Assembly: GCA_037076615.1 (NCBI GenBank)
Contig: AP029158.1
Location: forward strand, 197,470-261,469
From: Candidatus Parcubacteria bacterium
GTDB lineage: Bacteria > Patescibacteriota > Patescibacteriia > Patescibacteriales > UBA12465
DNA length: 64,000 bases
Direction of reading: 5' to 3'
Shown here: positions 9,809 to 20,852 of the stretch, piece after piece
Layout: every line of letters starts with the position of its first letter
Numbering within the stretch: position 1 is the first letter of the stretch
Program-made: the position numbers and the translations under genes
Notes under the pieces: model-generated
Seen by the model: only the letters and a program-made list of their open reading frames with translations
Databases searched by the model: none
What the model was told of the DNA's origin: nothing

Positions 9809-11158
9809 ATGAAGCCAGGCGCCAAAAAAATTTATTTAGTTTTTATCTGGGTAGTGATATTAGTATTAACATTTTTTACGGTTAATAATTTTTTGGCGGT
9901 TTCTAAATTACAATCGCAAACAAAAACGATCATTGCCAATATCCCCGGAGGTTTAAAATCAGCCTCAGACTTACAGATAATTGAAAGTCAGGAAGATTTA
10001 CTATTGGCCTTTGAGGAGTGGGCCGCTGAAGCTCCTCAAGAATTGAGACCAACCCTAACGGACTCCGGACAGCTAATTACTTATTCTAATATTTTTTCCG
10101 AGGCTTTTTATAATCAATATTATCTAAACCAAGAAGAAACTAATTTACATTTTGATGACCAGGTTTCGGCCCTTACTTTTGAGCCGATTTATGAATTAGT
10201 TTTAAAAGAAGATTGTGCAACTGAAAATTGTAATCTTAAAAATGAGCAACCTGAAATATCTTTAGAAAAAAATGGCTGGCGATTTTTGGGGCGCTCACTC
10301 GCTTTGCCGGCGGAACTAAAAGGGAAGTCGGTGCAAGCGGTTTTTGCTAATAAATTAGATAAAAAATATTTAGTCAGTTTTATTGTCTCAGAAGATGAGC
10401 AAGAGGTTGTTTTTTCTTATTTTTCCGACAACCTTGGTCGACTAAATTATTTAGACACCGCCTCTAAAATGCGCACTACCATGGGTTATGGTAATGGCTA
10501 TGTCAGCGCGGGGGGAAGCGATGAACAATTTATAATTTTTTATTCCGGCTATGAATCTTTAGCCCTGCTTTATAATGAGGGGCAGCGGCAAGATCTCAAG
10601 TCATTTTTTGATTTACGAGTCACCGGCGGTGGCTTTGCTTCTAAAGTTTTTAAAATTGGTCGTGGGTCTAAAGCTATTTGGTATATTTGTTCAGTGGAGC
10701 CGTCTCGTCATTTTCTAAAATTATGGCAAAATGGCGGCGCCGAAGTTCAGGGGTTAATAAATTTAGGTGAGATTTTTGAGGGTCAGTTCTTTGTCTGCGC
10801 CCTTGAAAAAGATCAGCTTTATCTTGTCAGCGCCGGCAAAAAATATCGTTTTGATGACCGAGGTTTTGATAATAGTCATGAATATCAATATCAGAGTAAT
10901 AATATTAATAGCTATAAAGATAAAAAGGTTCAGCAATTACATATTTTGGGCAAATCAATTAAAGCTAATCCCGACGATTTTACTTTTTCGGCCTCTTTTG
11001 ATGGCCAGAATTGGCAGGAGACTACTAGTGATAGTTTAAATTTTACTAATCGAGATTCAGACCAATTATTTTTGCGCTTAAATTTTAAGGCTAAAGACAA
11101 TTATTATTCCCCCTGGTTTGGTGGATTGGAGAATGTTTTTTATATCGCTATTGATTAA
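9809..11158 (+). CDS. Hypothetical N-terminally anchored protein (449 aa)
   Basis: Long ORF with a signal/TM segment (KKIYLVFIWVVILVLTFFTV). I recognise no domain. Confidence 0.7.
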   Translation: MKPGAKKIYLVFIWVVILVLTFFTVNNFLAVSKLQSQTKTIIANIPGGLKSASDLQIIESQEDLLLAFEEWAAEAPQELRPTLTDSGQLITYSNIFSEAFYNQYYLNQEETNLHFDDQVSALTFEPIYELVLKEDCATENCNLKNEQPEISLEKNGWRFLGRSLALPAELKGKSVQAVFANKLDKKYLVSFIVSEDEQEVVFSYFSDNLGRLNYLDTASKMRTTMGYGNGYVSAGGSDEQFIIFYSGYESLALLYNEGQRQDLKSFFDLRVTGGGFASKVFKIGRGSKAIWYICSVEPSRHFLKLWQNGGAEVQGLINLGEIFEGQFFVCALEKDQLYLVSAGKKYRFDDRGFDNSHEYQYQSNNINSYKDKKVQQLHILGKSIKANPDDFTFSASFDGQNWQETTSDSLNFTNRDSDQLFLRLNFKAKDNYYSPWFGGLENVFYIAID

Positions 11159-11225
11159 TCTCTTCTACCCACTTTTATTGAAAAGTGGTATTATATAGGT
11201 GTGTTTAAAAAATAATTTTGACATT

Positions 11226-13151
11226 ATGAAACGGAAAAGATTTTTTAAAAAAGTCTGGCCTCTTGCGGCAGTGGCCATTTTTTTGGGTCTAATGGTTGTT
11301 TTTATAGAGCCATTATTTGCTAAAGATATTATTATTGCTCCCGGTTCCACTGATCGGGTTGGTATCGGGACAGCGGCTGCCCCCCAGTATATGCTTGATA
11401 TTGCCGGATCGGGACGTTTTACTGGCGATTTACTTATTCCTACTCCAACGGCTTCTGTTGGGATTGGGACAGCGGACCCAAGCGTTAATTTGCAGATTGG
11501 AAGTGATGCCATTAATCCAACAATTCTACTTGAAAGTACAAGTAGTGGAGATAACGCAACTGATCAATCTGCGGGAATAGAATTTGGTGAATCGCCTTCC
11601 GCTCGCGGTAGTATTTGGTATACCGGCGATGGCAATATGCATATCGGCATGAATAATAGAACAAGAGAGCATATGCGTTTTTCATACAGCGCTAATAGTG
11701 CTTGGCTCTATGGGAATTTATATTTAAATGGAGCGAGTAATAATACTTATTTCCCTGGTTCTGGTATTTGGAATTCTTCTGGCAGCGTTGGCATCGGCAC
11801 CACCGCTCCCGCCTACAAACTAGATGTTTCTGGCACTGGCCGATTTACAGGAGCTTTAATTGTTCCAACCCCCTCCGCTTCTAGCCATGCGGCTACTAAG
11901 GGTTATGTTGATTCAGTTGCCGGCACCGGCGGCATTTCCGGATCAGGAACAACTAATTACATTCCTAAATGGTCTAGTGCGTCCGGTCTAACAAATTCTC
12001 GAATTAGTGATACTGGAACTGGAAATGTAGTTGTTAGTGCCGTCTTACAAGCCACTTCTTTCTCAGGTAATGCTACTTCTGCTACTAACGCAGATTATGC
12101 TACCAACGCAGGTTATGCGGCTTCTGCTGGTACTGCCGGATCTCTTTCAAGTACTTCCTTATGCGGTGTCGGCTCTTACGCTCGTGGTATAACGACTTCA
12201 GGCGCAGCTAGTGGTTGCACCGCTGTCCCTACTGGCGGCCATGGTGATGGCACTAATTGTTCTACTGGCTATTTTGCCACCGGCGTTGATGCTTCCGGTA
12301 ATGCTCAAGGTTGTGCTAATTCCATCGCTAATTCTACTAACGCAGATTATGCTACCAACGCAGGTTATGCTACCAACGCAGGTTATGCAGCTTCTGCTGG
12401 TACTGCTGGAGCCCTTTCAAGCACCTCTTTGTGCAGTTCTGGCTACTATGCTCGTGGTATAACTACTTCGGGCACAGCCAGCGGCTGCACCGCCGTCCCT
12501 ACTGGTGGCCATGGCAATGGTACTAATTGTTCTGCCGGTTATTATGCTCGTGGTGTCGATGCTTCCGGTAATGCTGAAGATTGCACCGCGGTCCCTAGTG
12601 GTGGCCATGGCGATGGTACTAATTGTACTGCTGGTACTTATCCTCTGGGTGTTGACGCTTCCGGTAATGTTCAAAGTTGTACTGACACTGTTAATTATGC
12701 TAATTATGCGATCAGTTTAGCTGCTAACGGATCTAACTGCTCTGCCGGTTCTTTTCCCCTCGGTGTCGATGCTAATGGAGCCGCTGAGAGTTGTACCTCT
12801 TTAACTAACGGTGGTTTTAGTCCTGCCTTCGGCACAGTAACAGCAACTTCATATCTATATTCATCCGACGCTAAATTAAAAACCAACATCAAAACGATTA
12901 AAAAACCCTTAGAAAAAATCACCGCTCTTAGGGGCGTCACCTTTAAGTGGAAAGATTCAAAAGAACCGAGCATGGGGTTAATCGCCCAAGAAGTGGAAAA
13001 AGTTTTCCCCGAATTAGTGGAAACCAGTGGTCAATATAAAGCGGTTGAATATGGTAATTTAGTCGCCCCGTTAATTGAAGCCGTAAAGGCGCAACAGGTA
13101 CAAATTGAAGCGCTGGAGGCCCGAATTGCCGACTTGGAATCCAACCGCTAA
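11226..13151 (+). CDS. Tail-fibre-like protein with Cys-rich repeats and a C-terminal peptidase-S74 intramolecular chaperone domain
   Basis: Start taken at MKRKRFFKKVW followed by a TM/signal segment. It carries the GSVGIGTTAPAYKLDVSGTGRFTGALIVPTPSASSHAATKGYVDS module. There are about 8 repeats of C-x2-G-x-[YF]-x2-G-[IV]-x2-SG-x-A-x2-C. The C-terminus SSDAKLKTNIKTIKKPLEKITALRGVTFKWKD...GLIAQEVEKVFPELV...VEYGNLVAPLIEAVKAQQ matches the endosialidase/tail-fibre chaperone (Pfam Peptidase_S74) signature. Confidence 0.85.
   Translation: MKRKRFFKKVWPLAAVAIFLGLMVVFIEPLFAKDIIIAPGSTDRVGIGTAAAPQYMLDIAGSGRFTGDLLIPTPTASVGIGTADPSVNLQIGSDAINPTILLESTSSGDNATDQSAGIEFGESPSARGSIWYTGDGNMHIGMNNRTREHMRFSYSANSAWLYGNLYLNGASNNTYFPGSGIWNSSGSVGIGTTAPAYKLDVSGTGRFTGALIVPTPSASSHAATKGYVDSVAGTGGISGSGTTNYIPKWSSASGLTNSRISDTGTGNVVVSAVLQATSFSGNATSATNADYATNAGYAASAGTAGSLSSTSLCGVGSYARGITTSGAASGCTAVPTGGHGDGTNCSTGYFATGVDASGNAQGCANSIANSTNADYATNAGYATNAGYAASAGTAGALSSTSLCSSGYYARGITTSGTASGCTAVPTGGHGNGTNCSAGYYARGVDASGNAEDCTAVPSGGHGDGTNCTAGTYPLGVDASGNVQSCTDTVNYANYAISLAANGSNCSAGSFPLGVDANGAAESCTSLTNGGFSPAFGTVTATSYLYSSDAKLKTNIKTIKKPLEKITALRGVTFKWKDSKEPSMGLIAQEVEKVFPELVETSGQYKAVEYGNLVAPLIEAVKAQQVQIEALEARIADLESNR
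12084..12590 (+). repeat. Internal ~255-bp diverged tandem duplication encoding the NADYATNAGYA...Cys-repeat block
   Basis: actaacgcagattatgctaccaacgcaggttatgc recurs at ~12084 and ~12339. The following ~250 bp are clearly homologous but diverged. Confidence 0.7.
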
Positions 13152-13188
13152 AATGTTATAATATTTTTATTAATAATAATTTTTAATT

Positions 13189-13410
13189 ATGAGTATGCGT
13201 AAAAAACTGAATTACCAGGTTTGGCTTGGTATCGCTCTCGTTATCCTAATAGGAATATTTTCCTATTTTGGCTATCAGCTGTATCGCCAAGATAAGAAAT
13301 TGAATGAACTTCGTGTGACAGTGGTCGACAACAACACACAGATTAATTCCTTAGTGGGCTTTATCAACCAAAGCCTTGCTAATGCTCAGGCAAATGTTAG
13401 TCAAGAATAA
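13189..13410 (+). CDS. Small single-TM protein (73 aa)
   Basis: ORF with a TM helix (VWLGIALVILIGIFSYFGY). Its tail NNTQINSLVGFINQSLANAQA is paralogous to the next gene. Confidence 0.55.
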   Translation: MSMRKKLNYQVWLGIALVILIGIFSYFGYQLYRQDKKLNELRVTVVDNNTQINSLVGFINQSLANAQANVSQE

Positions 13411-13465
13411 AAGTTTGGGTATCCGCACCCCTAAAAGGCGATCTCAAGCTGTAACTAATAATATT

Positions 13466-13693
13466 ATGAAAAAAGAAAACATTATTAATTTCGTTATCGG
13501 GCTCTTAGTTGGAGCCATGTTCGTTGTTTTTTTCCAGTTCAACGCTCGTTTAAATAACAATGCGCTGATTATTTCCCAGTTAGACCAAGCGGTTGCTGCC
13601 AATACTCAGAATTTAAATGATGTTATTTCCTTCTTAAATTCCAGTGCTCAACAAGCAGCTGGAACTGAAACGCCGGCTACCCCAGCTCAATAA
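13466..13693 (+). CDS. Small single-TM protein (75 aa), paralogue of 13189-13410
   Basis: Start moved to ATG 13466 (MKKENIINFVIGLLVGAMFVVFF). The tail ANTQNLNDVISFLNSSAQQAAG parallels the upstream gene. Confidence 0.55.
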   Translation: MKKENIINFVIGLLVGAMFVVFFQFNARLNNNALIISQLDQAVAANTQNLNDVISFLNSSAQQAAGTETPATPAQ

Positions 13694-13707
13694 ATTTTCG
13701 ACAATAA

Positions 13708-15855
<2,148 letters not shown>

Positions 15856-15875
15856 TAAAAATTAAAAATAATTAT

Positions 15876-17162
15876 ATGACTCCCAAAATTAAAACCGTCA
15901 GTGCCCGAGAAATTCTAGATAGTGGCGGCTGGCCCACGGTTGAAGTAACAATTACTTTAAATACCGGTGAGCGGGCCAGAGCGAGTGCACCCACGAGCTC
16001 TTTACACAGCCATTTTGAGGCGGCCGAGAAGAGAGATGGCGATAGCCAGCGTTATTTTGGTCGCGGCGTTCTTTTGGCCGTCCAGGTGGTTAATGAGCAA
16101 ATCGCTCCGGCTTTAGCTGGACGGTCGCCCTTAGAGCAGGAAAAAATTGATCAAATTTTAATTGATTTAGATGGCACCTCACAAAAAGAAAAAATCGGCG
16201 CGCCCGCTCTGTTAGCAGTTTCACTGGCGGCAGCGAAAGTGGCGGCCTTAACTAAAAAACAAGAGCTTTACGAATATTTACACGAAATTTATTTTAAGGG
16301 CAGTGACATAAAATTGCCGACGCCGCTACTAACAATGTTTAACGGTGGTGGTTTTGCTGATACCAATTTAGATTTTCAGGAATACTTATTAACCTTTTCT
16401 CCTAGCGCTCCTCGCTTTCAGAAAAGCGGGCAGCCCGTAGCTGAGATGGTAAGAGCGGGTGCCGAAACTTATCACCGGCTCGGACAAATTTTAGATGCGG
16501 CCGGTTATGATGTTGATACCGGTTCACAAGGCGGCTACGCCCCGGATATGGATTCCAGTATCCAAGCTTTAGAGTTGATTAGCGCCGCCGCTTTAGCCGC
16601 TGGCTATGAAAATGAATTCCGGCTGGGAGTTGATATTGGTTCCGGCTCTCTTTTTGACGAAGCCGAGCAAAAATATATTTTCTCCTTAGGAGCTGATTAT
16701 TTAAGCAGTGCCAATTTAATTGGCCTCTACCACAGTTGGCTGAGCCGCTTTCCGATTGTTTATTTAGAAGACCCGGCCGCCGCCACCGATCTTGATGCTT
16801 GGCGTCAGGTGACCCAGGAGTTAGGTGGGAAAACTTTGTTAGCTGGTAATGATTTTTTTGCCACTAACACTAAGCGTTTACGGACCGCTCTCAAAGATCA
16901 TTTAGGAAATGCACTCGTGATCGTCCCTGCTCAAGCCGGAACCCTAACAGAAACAATGGAGTGTTTGCAGTTGGCTAAACGACATAATTATCGGATTATT
17001 TTTAGTCAACGCCGCGGCGAAACTAACGATGATTCTTTAGTGGATTTAGCAGTTGCCAGTGGTGCGGATTATTTAAAGGCTGGCGCTCCCACTCGTGGTG
17101 AACGTGTTAGTAAATGGAATCGCCTACTTCTTATTGAATCTAATTTAAGGACGAAATCCTAA
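15876..17162 (+). CDS. Enolase-family protein with substituted catalytic residues (probable non-canonical or inactive enolase)
   Basis: Full-length collinear similarity to enolase (REILDSGGWPTVEV..., YLEDP, GTLTET, GETND, KAGAPTRGERVSKWNRLL). Catalytic positions differ; see findings. Confidence 0.85.
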   Translation: MTPKIKTVSAREILDSGGWPTVEVTITLNTGERARASAPTSSLHSHFEAAEKRDGDSQRYFGRGVLLAVQVVNEQIAPALAGRSPLEQEKIDQILIDLDGTSQKEKIGAPALLAVSLAAAKVAALTKKQELYEYLHEIYFKGSDIKLPTPLLTMFNGGGFADTNLDFQEYLLTFSPSAPRFQKSGQPVAEMVRAGAETYHRLGQILDAAGYDVDTGSQGGYAPDMDSSIQALELISAAALAAGYENEFRLGVDIGSGSLFDEAEQKYIFSLGADYLSSANLIGLYHSWLSRFPIVYLEDPAAATDLDAWRQVTQELGGKTLLAGNDFFATNTKRLRTALKDHLGNALVIVPAQAGTLTETMECLQLAKRHNYRIIFSQRRGETNDDSLVDLAVASGADYLKAGAPTRGERVSKWNRLLLIESNLRTKS

Positions 17163-17169
17163 AATTTTT

Positions 17170-18036
17170 ATGCCTGATTTAAATTCACAAATAGCACCCG
17201 CCTCGGAGTCGAAAAAAAAGGAGACTAGCGGACCAGTAGTTTTATTGTTGCTGGATTCTTGGGGGGTCGCGCCTTTAAGTGAAGGGAACGCTTTTAACGG
17301 TCTAAATTTAAAAAATCTTAATAGGTTTTTAGAGAATTATCCGGTCGCTGTTTTATCGGCATCGGGTGAGCCGGGGCAGCGCTACCAGATTTTAGGAGCC
17401 GGGGGTCAATTAACAAAAATAATTTCTGAAGCTGGTCTAAAGCAAAGACGTTTAAGCGAAAGCGAAGCTGCGCCTTTTTTAGAAGGTTATTTTATCAATG
17501 GCCGTGCTGAATTATTGGCGGGCGAAAGTCGAGAGGTGATTTCTTCTCCCGGCGGCGACCGCCAAGAAAACCTGGAAGAGGCTAGTGCGGCCTTGGTAAA
17601 AAAATTAATTAGTCTTATTAAAAAAGGGGAAGAAGATTTTATCGTTCTTAGTTTAAGTTATTTAGATTTAGTGGCTCAGACGGGAGACTGGGAAAAAACT
17701 AGGAGTGCCTTAAAGACTTATGATCTGTGGGTGGGTAAAATTGGTGACGCCCTTCGTAAATACCGCGGCACCTTAATCCTTAGTTCAACTTACGGCCGCG
17801 TCGAGACTCTCCGGGATTCTTTTTCGGAGGTCGCGCAAACGGATATTACTGATAAGCCAATCCCTTTTTTAATTGTGGGGCAAAATTATACCGGCCAGAG
17901 TTTAGGCACGGATTTTTTTTCCGAAGATTTAAGCTTGCTGCCTTTGGCTGGTGATCTAAGCGTGGTCGCTCCGACAATTTTAGATATCTTAAAAATAAAA
18001 ATTCCGAAAAACTTCCCGAGTAAAAGTTTACTTTAA
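17170..18036 (+). CDS. Truncated, degenerate cofactor-independent phosphoglycerate mutase (iPGM)-like protein
   Basis: N-terminus PVVLLLLDSWGV...GNAF...YPVAVLSASGEPGQ and C-terminus LILSSTYGRVE...LSVVAPTILDILKIKIPKNFPSKSLL align to the GpmI ends. It is 288 aa against ~510 aa for GpmI. The transferase domain and the phosphoserine segment are missing. Confidence 0.65.
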   Translation: MPDLNSQIAPASESKKKETSGPVVLLLLDSWGVAPLSEGNAFNGLNLKNLNRFLENYPVAVLSASGEPGQRYQILGAGGQLTKIISEAGLKQRRLSESEAAPFLEGYFINGRAELLAGESREVISSPGGDRQENLEEASAALVKKLISLIKKGEEDFIVLSLSYLDLVAQTGDWEKTRSALKTYDLWVGKIGDALRKYRGTLILSSTYGRVETLRDSFSEVAQTDITDKPIPFLIVGQNYTGQSLGTDFFSEDLSLLPLAGDLSVVAPTILDILKIKIPKNFPSKSLL

Positions 18037-18040
18037 AAAA

Positions 18041-18064
18041 ACCGCCGCTCTTTCAAGCGGCGGT
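18041..18064. terminator. Bidirectional hairpin terminator between convergent genes
   Basis: accgccgc-tctttcaa-gcggcggt with an A-run upstream and T-rich sequence downstream. Confidence 0.65.
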
Positions 18065-18080
18065 CTTTGTGAGTAAGGTA

Positions 18081-18524
18081 TTAGAACCAGAAATAACCGG
18101 CCAGAGCGACTAAAACACCAATAATGGCTCCCATTAAAACTTGCAAGGGGGTGTGTCCGATGCGCTCTAGTTGTTTAGGGTAATGACTTTCTAAAATATC
18201 ATCATCATCTAAGTCGCCAACAATTTTATTGAGCGCTTGGCCATGCGCACCTAGATAATTACGTAAACCAATGGCATCGGTAATCACAATGGCGGCAAAA
18301 ATTAAGGCTAAGGCAAACTCCACGGAAGCAATACCCAGCTTTAAATAAACAATCGCTAATAGGGAAGTGACTGTGGCTGTATGTCCGGAGGGCATATCCG
18401 AATAGGCAAAAATATCACGCCAAGAAAGATGGCCGCGTCGGCGCGTCTTCAGAAAAAATTTTATTCCCTGGGCGATAGTAAAAGCAATAACTGGATAAAT
18501 GAAGTAAGGCAGAACGTAATTCAT
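18081..18524 (-). CDS. Divergent PAP2 family (YuiD/DUF212-like) membrane protein
   Basis: Collinear with B. subtilis YuiD-type proteins: DMPSGHTATVTSL, ITDAIGLRNYLGAHGQALNKIV, GHTPLQVLMGAIIG. Confidence 0.85.
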   Translation of the reverse strand: MNYVLPYFIYPVIAFTIAQGIKFFLKTRRRGHLSWRDIFAYSDMPSGHTATVTSLLAIVYLKLGIASVEFALALIFAAIVITDAIGLRNYLGAHGQALNKIVGDLDDDDILESHYPKQLERIGHTPLQVLMGAIIGVLVALAGYFWF

Positions 18525-18534
18525 AATTAAAAAA

Positions 18535-20547
18535 TTAAATATCTAGGTTGGCCACTTTTTTGGCATTAGTTTGGATGAAGTTTTTTCGCGGCGCGACATT
18601 GTCGCCCATCAGCATATCAAAGATTTGATCCGCCTTCGCCGCATCTTCAATTTTTACCTGTTTAGCAATTCTTTTTTCCGGGTCCATGGTCGTTTCCCAA
18701 AGCTGCTCGGCATTCATTTCTCCTAAACCTTTGTAGCGTTGAATATGAATCCGGGTGTTTTTCTTTTTGGTCGCTTTTCCCTCTTCCTCCGCTACGGCTT
18801 CCTCAGCTTCTTCTTCGCTGGGATCTTCGGTGGCTAAAGTTTCGCCGCCCAATTCGGCAACAATTTTATTTTTTTCCTCATCGCTGTAGGCGTAATGAGC
18901 CGCTGTTCCTTTTTTAATTTGATATAGTGGTGGTTGGGCAATATAAATATGGCCACCCTCAATTAAATAAGGGAAGTGGCGGAAAAATAGCGTTAGCAAG
19001 AGGGTGCGGATGTGAGCGCCATCAACATCAGCATCGGTCATGATAATAATGCGGTGATAGCGGAGTTTATTAATATCAAACTGATCATCAATGTTGGTTC
19101 CCATCGCAATTACCAAATTTTTAATTTCGGCATTAGCTAACATTTTATCCATTCGGGCACGTTCTACGTTGAGAATTTTTCCTCGTAAAGGTAAGATTGC
19201 TTGGAAGCGACGATTGCGGCCTTGTTTGGCACTGCCGCCAGCGGAGTCACCCTCAACGATATAGAGTTCGCAATCTTCCGCTTTTCGCGAAGAGCAGTCG
19301 GCTAATTTTCCCGGTAAGGTCATACCTTCGAGGGCACCTTTTCTCAGAATGGTAGCGCGCGCGCTCCGAGCGGCCAGACGAGCCTGAGAGGAGAGAATGC
19401 ATTTATTGATAATGGCTTCACCTTCTTTAGGATTTTCTTCTAAAAACATTAGGAGAGCTTCGCCAAAAATCTGTTCTACATACCCCTTCATTTCCGCGTT
19501 GCCTAGTTTACCTTTAGTTTGACCTTCAAATTGCGGGTCGGTTAACTTAACACTAATAATGGCGGTTAAGCCTTCACGAACATCTTCACCGGTGAGATTT
19601 TCTTGCTTATCTTTTAAGAGATTTTTGGAACGACCATAATTATTTAAAGTTCTGGTGAGCGCCGTTTTAAAACCAACTAAATGGGTCCCACCTTCCGGGT
19701 TATGAATGTTATTGGCAAAAGCAATAGTGGTTTCGTTAAACTCATCATTATATTGTAAAGCCACTTCCACCTTCCCATCATTAATTTCTTTTTCTACATA
19801 AAAAACGGTATCGTGTTTAACCGATTTATCACGATGCAGAGATTTAATATAAGATTTAATGCCGCCTTCAAAATGAAAGCGATATTTTTTCGGACGGTGG
19901 TCCGGACGCTCGTCAATAATATTAATAGTGACTCCTTTGGTGAGATAAGTTTGTTGACGTAAGCGGTCTAAAATTTTACCCCAATTAAATTCGGTTTCTG
20001 TAAAGATTGTTGGATCCGGTTTAAATGAAATAGTGGTACCGCTACCGTTATCTTTAGCGACCGCTTTAGCTGGCCCTTTTGGTTTGCCAATATTATATTC
20101 TTGTACCCAAAGTTGGCCATCGCGGCGGACTTCAGCACGCAAGTAGGAGCTTAAAGCATTAACGACGGAAACGCCGACGCCATGTAAGCCGCCGGAGACT
20201 TTGTAACCGCCGCCGCCGAATTTGCCGCCGGCGTGAAGCTTGGTGAGAACTGTTTCTAAAGCTGATATTCCTGTGGCTTTCATTTTTTCTACCGGGATAC
20301 CGCGACCATCATCAGCCACCGAAACCAAGCCGTCTTTAGTCAGGGTGACGGTAATCTGTTCGGCAAAGCCGGCCATCGCTTCATCAATACAGTTATCAAC
20401 TACTTCCCAAATTAAATGATGTAAACCGGTAGCGGAAGTGGAGCCGATATACATGCCCGGTCTTTTACGAACCGGGTCCAAACCCTCTAAAACAGTGATT
20501 GCGTCTGCGCCGTAATCCTGAGTTTTTTTGTTATCATTAGTGCTCAT
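18535..20547 (-). CDS. gyrB: DNA gyrase subunit B
   Basis: [96 protein letters not shown]. Start taken at MSTNDN (20547). Confidence 0.95.
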   Translation of the reverse strand: [670 protein letters not shown]

Positions 20548-20852
20548 AAAAACATAAAAACGTCCAGTCAAAGGACATTTTTGACTTAATTTTCGAATCT
20601 TAATCTAGGCTCATTATAACACGAAAAAATTGTCTTAGCAAGTAGAAAAAGCCCCGTTTTTATTGCTTAAAAATTAATAAATCCAGATTTTTTCTTTAAT
20701 TTATGATATTATATTACCAGTGGGGTTTTAAGCTTGGTTAGCGCCATTATCAGTCCCCCTCTTACCCTGGGATTTAGAAAGTGTTAAACTAAAAAACTCA
20801 GACTGTTTTGGGGGGATCTTATCTAATGTGGCATCTCTCGTAACCTAATTTT

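Noticed and set aside
20572-20852. The 280-bp gyrB/tpiA intergenic region as a structured ncRNA (SRP RNA, 6S or riboswitch)
   Set aside because: G-runs and C-runs (tccccc...ggggga, gtgggg) can pair, but I could not build a convincing conserved fold. No SRP helix-8 (GGAA/AGCA) or other signature motifs are present. It more likely holds divergent promoters. Needs Infernal/Rfam to settle.
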